Below are positions 1 to 12,000 of a stretch of DNA of 64,000 nt, piece by piece. The notes beneath the pieces were generated by a model. The model was not told the origin of the DNA, ran no database searches, and saw nothing but the letters and a program-made list of their open reading frames with translations. The position numbers and the translations under genes were made by a program. The DNA comes from Perna viridis (taxonomy: Eukaryota), in the NCBI GenBank assembly GCA_037379345.1, contig CM074520.1:7068001-7132000 (forward strand), written 5' to 3'. Numbering within the stretch: the stretch's first letter is position 1; each line of letters opens with the position of its first letter.

Positions 1-1087
1 CATTCTCAGCATTGTCTGGGTCTGTAGCCTGGATCTTTATTACTGGTGTACCCTTTATCTTGTTCTCATCAACATACTGGTCCAATGATGGATTTTCAAT
101 GACAGGATTATTATCATTTATATCTAGGACCCTCACTGTTACATGTGCAATATGGCTGCGAGGAGGGATCCCAGCATCTGAAACCTGCACTGAGAACTTA
201 TGTTCATAATTTTGCTTACTGAGCTGTTCACGGTCCAGTGATTTTGTGGTACTGATTTCACCATTGTAAGGGTTAATACTGAAATCTGTCTGCTGGTCAA
301 TAATAGTATAAGTCAGCTTTGCATTGTCACCAATATCTTTATCTGTAGCTACTACAGAACCAATGACGGTAATGGCATGATTGTTTTCTTCAATGTAGAA
401 CATATAGCTAGACAGGGAAAACACTGGATTATTATCATTGGCATCTATAACAGTTATACGAACTGGTACTTGGGCTGAGCGTGGGTTTTTTCCATTATCT
501 CTAGCAAGTACAGTAAATGCATAAGAGTCCCGGGTTTCACGGTCTAACTCTGCTCTGAGATAAATATTTCCACTCTGTCCACTTCCCCCATGTATTCCAA
601 ACATCCCAGAATCCTCGTTGAGAAGTGTATAAGTTACTTGATCATTGTCAGCATCAGTGGCAGTAACATTCAAAACAACTGTATCCATGGCAGCAGTTTC
701 CTTAACATTTTGTTCATAGGACTTCTGGGTAAATATTGGTGAATTGTCATTAACATTTGACACTTTGACTTTGAGAGTAAGGTTGCTACTGAGTGAAGGA
801 GTTCCAAGGTCAAAAGCACTGACAATGAGTGAATATTCCTGTTGTGATTCATAATCAAGTGCTTTATTCAGTCTAACTTCCCCACTAGCAGCATCAACAG
901 CAAATGTATTAGCAGGATTGACAGCAAGACGATACTGTACAGTACCATTAGATCCACTGTCCTTATCTGTAGCATGAGCCATGTAAATAGTGGTGCTTAA
1001 ATCCTGGTCTTCAAATACAGTGATTTCTATGTAGGAACTTAAAAATTCAGGGGCATGGTCATTCACATCAGAAATAGAAATGTTGAC
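1..1087 (-). CDS. DCHS1: Dachsous coding exon 5 (EC9 onward, truncated by window edge)
   Basis: Acceptor ttttcag at 1088; reads VNISISDVNDHAPEFLSSYIEITVFEDQDLSTTIYMAHATDKDSGSNG and continues with cadherin motifs to the window start. Probably absent from the ORF track because no stop is reached. Confidence 0.92.
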
Positions 1088-1423
1088 CTGAAAAGGAGAA
1101 TATTCAATTGCTGAAAAGTATTACTGTCATCATGGACACTACACGTTGGATAATGTTTAACAATATTTTTGTCTATAATAAAAGTTTAAGGTATGCTCAT
1201 TCACTGTATCATGTGAACTTAATCAATTTAAAAAAAATTCTTTATATTTGTAAATAATGTATTATCATGAAATATCATGGTTGTTGCCTTCTCCTGTCCC
1301 ATATCTTACAGCAAGTTTTGTTTAATAACATTTTGTACTTCAAAATGCCACACATTTTAATCTACTGACTTATTTAGATGTAAGGAAGAAATTATAATAT
1401 ATTGTATAAGAAAATAAGTTTAC

Positions 1424-1842
1424 CTGTGCAGAGCCATACACAGGTGGTTTGCCAGTCTCAGCTTTCACACCAAGTAAAATGTATGGATAGAGATGATAAT
1501 GTAGTCTGGACACCTTGGTAGTTATCTCCCCTGTCTGTTGGTTAATGGAGAAGAAGTTATTGATGTCACCAGTGGTTATTGTATACAAAATATCAGGATT
1601 ATTACTGACTGACGGAACTGTAGCCAACACTCGTCCAACTGATGTACCCTTGGCAACATTTTCCTCCACTGTGAACCTGTAGGTTGGTTGGTTAAACACA
1701 GGAGGATGAGAATTAGCTCCTGTAACACTGATATATACTGTGGCTGACTGAGAAGAACTGAGATCACCACCATCAGTAGCACCTATCTGTAGAATGTAGA
1801 CCTTCTCTTCTTGGGGTAGGACATTGATCAGAGTTATCTTTC
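1424..1842 (-). CDS. DCHS1: Dachsous coding exon 4 (end of EC7, EC8)
   Basis: Inside ORF 1370..1933: KITLINVLPQEEKVYILQIGATDGG...GKPPVYGSAQ. Acceptor gttctag, donor CAG|GTAAAC; 419 nt, phase 1 to 0. Confidence 0.93.
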
Positions 1843-4027
1843 CTAGAACAGCAACATTATAAAGCTTATCAAAAAGGAGATAAAATAAAAACAGTTTAAA
1901 ATTGAAATACTTCAATTTTGTTTTTCTGTTCAAGTTGTACTTGGTAAAACATATAGAAAATAAAACTTTAGAAATTCATTATTCATGAAAAGGTGAAAGA
2001 CAATAATATTGGTAGATTGAGAAATTTTAAATACAAGTAACAAATACAAATTTGTTCCTGAAACCGTCTTCAAACATTTGACTGACAATCATGTAATTTA
2101 TTGCTCAGAGTTATGTCCCTTGCATTGTACTGCCAGATGGAATGCCTTTATTATTTTATGATATAATTTTTCACTGCATTGACACATTCTGTAGAACAAT
2201 GTGACTTGAAGTGTTCAAAAGAGGACTTATGATAAAGATATATTTACGATAAACCATATTTAAACAAACACATGCAATGTAGCATTCTTGCTCTGCAATA
2301 AATTTTACTTTTCGAATGGCCCAGACGGAGATCAATAAAAAGAATTCACATTCATAATACACATTTTAGTTTATAGGTTTAATATTTTCCAGTTGAGCTC
2401 AAGTTGCATAATTTTGTCATTTTCTGCAGATTTTATGATGATCTTTCTAAGTCAATAAACTGATCTATTACAATAAGATGTTTAGAAAACACTTACCAAG
2501 AACAGTTTTTATGGATTTATAATGTGTTATATAATTCCTACATGATTTTTATATAGCTCTACCATAAGAGGTCATATTTGAGAGTCATGTTTTTTTTTTA
2601 CATCAATTTTTATTTCCAATGGAAGTGTATTTACTATTCACATAACCTACAGCCTTTAAAAAACTGAGATTAATTTAGATGAACAAGAAGCACTGTCTGC
2701 TAAATCTGATTTCTCAACTGGGGTAAAATGAAGTCCTTACATCAACAAATTAGGGCCAAGAATGGCAAAGAAAGAAATAAACAAGACCAATGAACTTCAT
2801 TTAAGTCTATTATAAACACAGAGTGTAGACCCATTTGGTTTCTTGTAATGACAAAATCATGAATCAAAATTTTTTTTTTTTTTTTTAAATAAACAAACAT
2901 GACAATAATTTTACATCCCCTTATAAACATGCCCCTCCCTGTATTTATGGTCAAAATCATTACTTCTGGAAATATGTTATTGAGGTAATTCGTTTGTATG
3001 AATACATAAATATGAAATAATTTGCCATTAAGGAAGAAACTTGAATCAGCTGTAAAATTACTGTAACAAATGAATATCAAAATTTATAAAAAAAAAAAAA
3101 AAAAAAAAAACCAACATAAAGAAGCCCTAGAAATTCTCATGTTTGAATAGCTACGTGTCAGCTAATTTTCATGTTTAGTTTAAACAGGATATTGCATATA
3201 CGTGTCACAAATGCAAGAATTGCATAAAGGATTGTAAATTTGTTATTTTTAAATAAAAAATGAAGTTTTAAATCAAACATGTAAATGAACAATTACAATG
3301 ATAAATGTAAAGTCATTAGAAATAGACTTAGGGAACATGAATGATCATTTATTATAATGTCTGAAATATGATCAAGTGCTTCTTATTTATCAAATATATT
3401 TAGAAACTTTTGTGCAACTTTTGTGGAAAAAAATGAACAATTATTAGTTAATGCAATTCACTAACATAAGGGAATTTTGTGAAAATGTGAGAAATGGTGG
3501 ACATCTTAATAACGTTACAATGTACTTAACTAGTGACATTGGCCTTCAACAATGACAATTTACCACAGACCAGTACAGGTTCAACAGCCTGAATTACTCT
3601 AATTTACTGCCATTTATTTTCATTACTCTTCATGCACACATGAAAAGCTTTGTCTTAACTCAAAAGTACAACAAGTCACACAAATTAAGCCTTAATTTCT
3701 ATGACATAGTTATAAATATGACAAATTGTAACTGCCTAGAGATGACTTATCATTTTTTTTTAAATATTTGGCCCCAAGACTTTTATATACATTAAAGGAT
3801 GCAGAAACAGTATTTGTACCAGAGAAAACTATATATCACTTCATCAGAGTGACCTGATCTTATTTGTTCTTGATCAATTCACAGTCAGGTAATTTTAAGT
3901 CTGCATTTATAGTCATCAGATACATGTATCTATACCTGATTACAGCAATAGATATAATAAAATACAGATTCTTGCATGAATACCTACACAAAGGAACCTT
4001 TGTGGTTGCATACAGAGAACTGATGAT

Positions 4028-4556
4028 ACAGAGACCAGGTACTTACCTAAATACCTGTCTATAGAGAACATTTCCCAGACTACAGAGACCAGGAACTTAC
4101 CTAAATACCTGTCTATAGAGAACATTTCCAAGACTACAGAGACCAGGTACTTACCTAAATACCTGTCTATAGAGAACATTTCCAAGACTACAGAGACCAG
4201 GTTCTTATCTAAATGCCTGTCTATAGAGAGCATTTCCCAGACTACAGAGACCAGGAACTTACCTAAATACCTGTCTATAGAGAACATTTCCAAGACTACA
4301 GAGACCAGTTACTTACCTAAATACCTGTCTATAGAGAACATTTCCCAGACTACAGAGACCAGGAACTTACCTAAATACCTGTCTATAGAGAACATTTCCC
4401 AGACTACAGAGACCAGGTACTTACCTAAATACCTGTCTATAGAGAACATTTCCAAGACTACAGAGACCAGGTTCTTATCTAAATGCCTGTCTATAGAGAA
4501 CATTTCCCAGACTACAGAGACCAGGTTCTTACCTGAATGCCTGTCTATAGAGAACA
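4028..4556 (-). repeat. 54-bp minisatellite, about 10 copies, spanning the Dachsous exon 3 donor
   Basis: Unit (minus) TGTTCTCTATAGACAGGYATTYAG|RTAAGWWCCTGGTCTCTGTAGTCTKGGAAA; period 54; an 18-aa repeat is visible in ORFs 3940..4293 and 4309..4590. Confidence 0.97.
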
Positions 4557-4763
4557 GGTTATCATCATTTCCACCCAGCATGCTGTACAAAATAGTACTG
4601 TAGTTGCCACTGTCAAGGTCGATTGCCTGTACAGTAATGACATTATCACCTGGTTGGATGTTAACATTGATATTAGTACTATAGTTCTGGGGGTAAAACT
4701 GAGGTCTGTTATCGTTGACATCTTCAATGTTAATACTGACGATGACTGAACTGTCTAGGCCAC
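4533..4763 (-). CDS. DCHS1: Dachsous coding exon 3 (end of EC6, first part of EC7)
   Basis: Acceptor ttttag at 4764; translates GLDSSVIVSINIEDVNDNRPQFYPQNYSTNINVNIQPGDNVITVQAIDLDSGNYSTILYSMLGGNDDNLFSIDRHSG; donor CAG|GTAAGA; 231 nt, phase 1 to 1. Alternative donors lie in the adjoining repeat. Confidence 0.9.
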
Positions 4764-5527
4764 CTAAAACACAAATTTGGATAAGTTCTTACATATCATT
4801 CATAAAAAAATATATTATTTTTTAACTTGAAGTTTTTCATCTAATTCTAGTTTTTCACATGCTTCTTTCAAGTGCTTTTTGCTGCTGTTTTTAAATTTTG
4901 ACCATTATTTTAACTGCACAAATTGTAATGTACAATATAGATATAAAGGTAGGTATTCCACCATCATTGGCAAATTGTACCATTTATGAAAATTTTAGCA
5001 ATGTTACTTCCTTATCTTTCATTACAACCAAGTCAATACATGTACTATGCTTCACGATATAACAATGTCTTATAAATTCCAAATTTGACTTTATAATATC
5101 AAATACAAGTAATTAATAATCAAGCCTTTGGTTCTTTTTGTCTCTACAATAACAGCTTGAGTCTTGGGTCACAGTTGTTATAACAAGGAAGAAAATAATG
5201 ACAATATTCTAATCAATTAAAACATTCCAAAAAATAGTTTTCATGTCAGAAGTATTAAATTTTATTGATAAAACACAAATATAGCAGTGGTTTCAGTGTA
5301 AGATATACTAATAGACTACAAGGCCTTTGTAAGAAGCATGCAGATATATAGATGCAGGTCACATTTTTTTATTCTTTGTATTGTATTTATTAAATATTTA
5401 GAGTGGGTGATATAGAGACTGATTTATCTTTACACTTTATGTATAAAACACTGTGTTGTTTTAGGAAAAGGAATCATCTAAGAATTATTAGTACATGTGT
5501 ATGTACCATCATTCTGAATATATCACA

Positions 5528-5820
5528 GATTGATTGACTGAGGTTTTAAGTCTTAGCACAGATATTTCATGCATTTCTGGAATACAACATTTTGACCAAT
5601 CAAACAGACCCTGCATTGTACTAGTCTGACATGCTGAGTCAAGTTTTAATGTGCTAGCTCGATCACAGAAGCAACAGTCCACAGGTAGACGGGTCACCCA
5701 ACTCAGACACATTATTGTGACTGTTCCATATGCCACAGGCTTGGTAGAGAAGTTCAAAGTCATTGGTGAGATTCCCCAGGGGTTCAAACCCATGACCTCC
5801 CACAATGGCTACCAAGAGGC
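5528..5820 (-). mobile_element. Degenerate tRNA-derived SINE (Meta-type core, tentative)
   Basis: Minus strand: B-box-like GGGTTTGAACCCC near the 5' end, central ...GTCTACCTGTGGACTGTTG...GAGCTAGCAC resembling bivalve SINE cores, and a TCAATCAATC tail. Confidence 0.7.
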
Positions 5821-5843
5821 CATAAAATAACATAGAATATTAC

Positions 5844-6027
5844 CACTATCAGTTGCATAGACTGGGAATTCATAGATTTTCTGTGTTTCATAATCCAGAG
5901 GTTTAGCTGCATACAGACAGCCGGTTGTACTGACAATACCAAACACGTTCAAGCTCGACTGGGTCATGTTGGCAAGGTGATATGTCACTTGAGCATTACC
6001 ATTGCAATCAGGGTCAAAGGCTGATAC
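5844..6027 (-). CDS. DCHS1: Dachsous coding exon 2 (EC6)
   Basis: Acceptor tttttttacag at 6028; translates VSAFDPDCNGNAQVTYHLANMTQSSLNVFGIVSTTGCLYAAKPLDYETQKIYEFPVYATDSG; donor G|GTAATA; 184 nt, phase 0 to 1. Confidence 0.92.
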
Positions 6028-9000
6028 CTGTAAAAAAACAACAGATATTTGGACGATTTGTAATTTGTAAGTGTTGAACTATTATACATGAAAAGGTAGT
6101 AATAAAATATGAATTGTATACAAAAATCACAATTTTCTGATGTAATTTTGTATTCTGTTTCTATATTAGTAACTGCTTGAGTGGTATTCCTTACAGTATT
6201 ACAAACCATTACATTTGATAACCATTTCAAATCTGGGACCTCTTCAGTTAAATTGATATGACATTTGCTATCATGTTCCCATTGCAAAAGAAAGAAAAAA
6301 CTTCACATGCCATGTGGTACCTGATATTCTATTTCGACCAAATGACCTCCAATAATGCAGAAATATGCAGTTTTATGGCCAGCATTATGATAATTTTACA
6401 CAACAATGCAAAAACAATTTTCTGTTGTCTACAGTTATACCCTGCAGTAAGATATACTAGAGAAATGATCAAAGGGAAATAACTCTTACAAAGATAAAAC
6501 CATCACACAAGGAGCCAGGTGTCTAGAGAAGGAATCTCAGATTGTATGATTTATATGAACCATAAAACCTTATCATTATATCTGTACAAAGGGCATGAAA
6601 GGGCAATGGTAGTGAGGAATTTTCACTTCCACTATAATGTCTGCTATAGTTAGATTCCTTCGGTAATTATTTTAGTAGCTATAATTCAATTAGAATGCTT
6701 TATGGGTTTCTACAAGTGCCACCTTTGTTCAAGACATGCTATAAGCATGGAGTTCAACCCCAAAATGATGACAGAGTAATCAAAAAAGGAATTTCTAGAT
6801 TCATGAAACAACTCCTGCTGAAATACCCTTCTACGATTTATGTTAGGTTCAGCAAGTCAAATAAGTTCTTCAAGAGTTCCTACAAATGACAGACAATTAG
6901 ATGAGGAATTTCTACACAGACCATCATTTCTATGCACAAAGTTAATATACCTGGAGCAAAGGAGGTTCCATGTTATTTAGAGGACCATTAGACATTCCTA
7001 AATATATGAATTTTCAGTATTATTACATGTTCTCGATAAGTTTGACCCCAGAAAGGGGTTAGGAGGTTAGTTCAGTTTTTGACAGAGATCTAAATAACTG
7101 TCAAAAATGTTCTATCATTATACTGCCATTTTTGTCAGAATTGTTTATGTATCACGTTGTACCACCCAAATTTGAATAATCATCTCAACTCTTACAAAAG
7201 TAAAAATTTTTATCGAATATAATTTGCACTAAATACATCATATCGATGGGATTATCTGATTCTGTACATACAACATGTCATCCATCTTGGTTTCTTATTC
7301 AAAGATTCAAATATTGTCCTTCATTTAACATATATCACCATTATCATGTCACTCTCGACTAAACTAACTGATCTAATTAAACAGTTAATTACCTAAGATA
7401 TATTGAACACCATACAATAACCCCCTTTTAAAGTTATAACGAGATTTAAGATTAATATTAAAAACCCCATGTGAGATTATGACAACCTCATTTCAAATAT
7501 ATCTGAAATCTTTTTGGAGACATGTTTAATACAGTTCTAAATATACCTTGAAGTAATTCGATGCATTTCAACTAAGTAATTTAAAATTTTCTTTTCAAAG
7601 ATAGGAATTTAGTCTTATGACACCATAAGGAGATGGACCTTCAAAGGATAAGCTATAAAAATCATTTTAAAATTTTACATAAATTTGCAGGTTTTTAAAG
7701 ACACTATGTAAATACTCTTTTGAGCATTTTATAATCTTGTTACCATGTATTGTAATAATACTGAATGGTAAAAGTGAACCATGTCAAAAAACCAAATCAT
7801 ATTCAATAGGGTCCTATCTTTATCATGTAAGGACTGATCAAATAAGAGTGGAAATATAACAAAGGAACAGCAATGATTTGTTCCTAGTTATCTTATTTTA
7901 TGTCTTGAATCACTTCAAGCAGCCCATTAAAGTTAACAGAACTTAGATATTGTAAAGTCATTGAAAAGTACGAAACACTGAGGGCTGAGTGCACAGACAG
8001 GCTGACTGATAGACTGTGTCTTTATTGCCCACAAAAGAGCATTATTACAATGATAACACACAATAAATTATAGCATTGTCTGAGAGATAGAAACATTCAT
8101 TATACACCAAGGACCAAAATCAAAAACCATCAAATTCTTATCTGAAAAAGCAAAATGCCATATTCCTGAGAATCACATGCACTAGGATAGCATTCCTCTG
8201 AATATTTCTATAATTACAGAAAATAAACATTCTGGCAGAAACCTTTTTACAGTTTATATAAATAAATCTTTAAGTTTCCTTTTGGCTGGTTCTTGTCTAT
8301 CAAAGCAATATCAATTTAGCAAAAAAAAAAAAAAACAGACTGCAATCGCTGGTCAAAAGATTTTCTCACTTTTCATTTTTGTGAAGATTCAGGAAGACAT
8401 CTGCCAAGAAAACAAATCAATTCCACTTCACCTTATTTAACTTCGATGAGCCTTTTCCCGTTACACAACTTCCAAGAATTTTTCACCAGTCTGTGTTTTT
8501 GTTGGCTGTTTGATGATTTTAAAAGCTTAACTGCCTCTTAAAACTAATTTTTAAAATGTTTTTATTTCATGTGTTTTTCCTTAAATTATTGACTAAACTA
8601 ACATATCTTTTTAAAACGAAGTGCAGCATTTAACTATTATAATTTAAGACAAATGTTAAAATCTTCATGGCTTACAGTTTTACTTCAGTACTCCTCGTTG
8701 ATCAAAGTTGATTGGATAACAAGCTTTGTTTATGTGTCTAAAGCTTACTTCTATAATGTTCTGCAGCATTTTAAATGTACAAGAATTACCTGGTAGCATT
8801 ATGCTTGATCATACATAATGCAAGTTGCAGATAGAATTTCAGAATTCAAAAGATGGCTCTCCAAAATATCAGAATATAGAAGAAAAAAACTTACATCAAA
8901 GAACTTTTTTTTTTTCAAGTTCAGTGTAAAACAAAATGTTTCGATTCTGTTTAAATATTTATGTTTTAGCAAATAAGTTACAGATATTACAGCTTGTGCT

Positions 9001-12000
9001 GTGAGAATGTGGAATACAAGAGATGCAATCTATTTAAAAGGTTTCTTCAGCACTTTAAGGGTACTGGCGTGCTTCTGTGAGGGTTTCATTGGCAGTTAAA
9101 GGGTATATATCCATGTAATCATTTTTGTAGAAGTTACTTTTAAACAGATTCGACAACAATTATCCAAGATCTAAGGGCAAATCTGAAAATAGTTTGATGC
9201 ATGAGCAATCTGTGGGACAAAAAATGGCATCTGTATATTTGTATGTACTTGAAATTACTTCAGTCACACTAAGTTAACACTGCAAGCTTTAATCATTATA
9301 TAACCAATGAGTACAGGGGTAAATGGTTCAATATTTATTGGAATACTCCAAAGAAAGCATGTCAAGTGTTAAACACTATTGCCATATGCTATGCCAAAAC
9401 AATTATCTAAAAATCCCATGTTTTCATAATTAAATTCACTTCAAACATGTTTTTTTTAAAAAAGTTTTTCTCCAGTAAGAGTTGCGTTGACAGACAGTTG
9501 CCTATGTATCTTGAGTGGTGCCAGATGATATAACAACTGATTAGCTGTTAATTGCTCTGCTTCATTAAGGAATTCAACCAGATGTAAAGTGTTCTGGCTG
9601 CAAGTGCTAACCTACTGAAAGATACTGCACATGTAATGCATGTAACAAAAACATTTCTTGTCTTTCTTTGTTTATGTCTACCTGCTTTTTGTGCCTCATT
9701 CTCTGACAGAAATTTTGGAGGATTGCACATACCTAAATATTATACACAGGATTGACAAACAGATACTTCAGTGACTTGACAGAGTTGTTGAGGTGTGCAG
9801 TTTTGTCAATATTGTTTCTTTGTTTAGATTTTAGAACATGCAATTTACACTTATTTTGTAAAACATCTCCTCAGTCATTGAAGCTAAAGATTCTCTGTAA
9901 AACTGTTGTCAGTAATTGGTATTTCTCACTATATTAAACCTCTTCCTCTTCCAATGAAGAGTTATTTTTACATCAAAGCTTGATACAATGATAGGTACTT
10001 GGAAAATGACTGTCTAGTCCATTAAGAGAGTATTAGATTGTTTCAATCTCCAGTCATAAAGAAATATTACCAGATAGAATACATTATTTCAAGAGCCACT
10101 AGGACAAGGCATTAATTCAAGTACATGTATTACAGAATACACACATCACAAATCTAATTAACAGCCTATTAGAATAAAGATGTAAACATTAGTACATGGT
10201 CACATGACAGCCTTTTTATTATTTGTTACATAATTTTCATTGGAATACAATGGGCACCTAATGAATCTAAATAACGTGAAGATTAAATTGTTCAAATAAC
10301 AAGTATTTAGAAATCAAGAAGTGTTACTGTCAACCAAAACCATCTATTTAAACTCATCTTTTTTTCCATTTCCCTCACACAGTGAAATTTAAGTCTTATT
10401 GTGCAAAAATATATAAAAATGCCAGTATAACTGAGATAGAATGCATGAATGGGACACACGTAACACAGCCATCAAGAGTATCGTATGGACTGATATATAT
10501 GATAATCCTATCCTTGTTTTCATATTCTTCTGTTACTATCTTAGAACATCACACAGAGATTCATCAAATTAATCCATACAGCATTGCTTCAAAGTTTCAT
10601 TAAAATTGTTTCATAAATTTTCATGTAAACAAAGATACGTGTGTATTGCAGTGCAAAAGAGGTGTTTAGTTTCTTTATAAACGTTTTGATTTATTACAAC
10701 GAACTCACTTGCTACTTCATAGAAGGTTTTCAGATAAAAGGATAAAAAACAAAAAGTTTAAGAAACTTTTAAGAAGAAATGACCCATTTCCTTGCCCAAT
10801 AATAATTTGTCATTTGGTTTGACATTTATAATGAGAGTTCTTCAAAATTTTTAACAGAATATTTAAAGCACAAAGAAAACCAACACCTGAGTCAGCTTAA
10901 AAAAGTCACAACTCTCATGTTTAAAGATACACATAATTGAAGTTAATCATACTATATTAAAAACTTGAGAAAAATAAATGACAAAAACATATATCAAAAT
11001 TGTCCGTATAATTTGACAATTATTTGTGACCTGGTAAATACTTTTAACAGTTCTATTTCATTGAAATATCAGCCCCCATGCAAAGAACTTATAAAAATAA
11101 AGGGCTTAAGGTCTACGATTGTGTTGGAAGTATTAGGTGTTTTAACACATGGAAAAACGTGTGCCAAGACAAACATTTCTACAAAATGTTACAAGGATAG
11201 GATTAGTCATTGACTTCCATTTACATACAATGGTATGTCCTAATACCTTACCAAAACTGTCAGGACACATTTGGTAAACAATTCTAGACTTTGTAAAGAT
11301 GTGTTTGATTTCCCATTTGTTTCAAGTCCACTTAAATCTGTTTTTAGAAGCACTTTACAATATTGACAACTGCCTTGGACAACTTAAGGACAAAGTACAG
11401 GGACCTGAATGAGAAGAGACATAAAACAACTACACTGTAACATCAAGAGACAAAAAGAAGTCAAGACAAAGGAACCAAAAGAAACAAATACATTGTCATT
11501 TTCTTCAACAACAATATACTAATCAGTTAAAAAGCCATTCACAATATGGCACATGACTAATTTGTCTTTGTCATTTTCAGAATGCCACACCTTCTAATAA
11601 AACTTGCAATATGCTTCATTGTATAGCATGATAATAATAATTGATATGACAATTATCTCCCCTACAACAATAGTTCTATACCAGTGAGGATGAAACATTT
11701 ATTGAGGAGAGGGCAGTGTAGAAAGTCATGTTTGCCAACATAAGTCTGATCTACAATATATCACAAAACTAGGAGTGATAAGACAGCAGACAACAAATAA
11801 TTAAAGAAATAAGTGCCATATTCTGTTTTTACAAGTTTTATGAAATAACAACACATAAGAAATCAAGAGCCTATTAGTTCCATTTTTACATCCATGCGCC
11901 TGTAAGTCTCTCCTATACCATGTCAATCAACAAAAACATTTATTTTCAATTCTTAAATTTTCTGAAATGTTGGTATATTACAAAACCAACTGGCAATCAA

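Noticed and set aside
3940-4293. 117-aa repetitive ORF as an independent gene
   Set aside because: It is the translation of the 54-bp minisatellite and has no start context of its own.
4681-4700. Possible frameshift in Dachsous exon 3 at a G run
   Set aside because: Five Gs give TAC CCC CAG, so the frame is intact and the 231-nt exon is phase-consistent.
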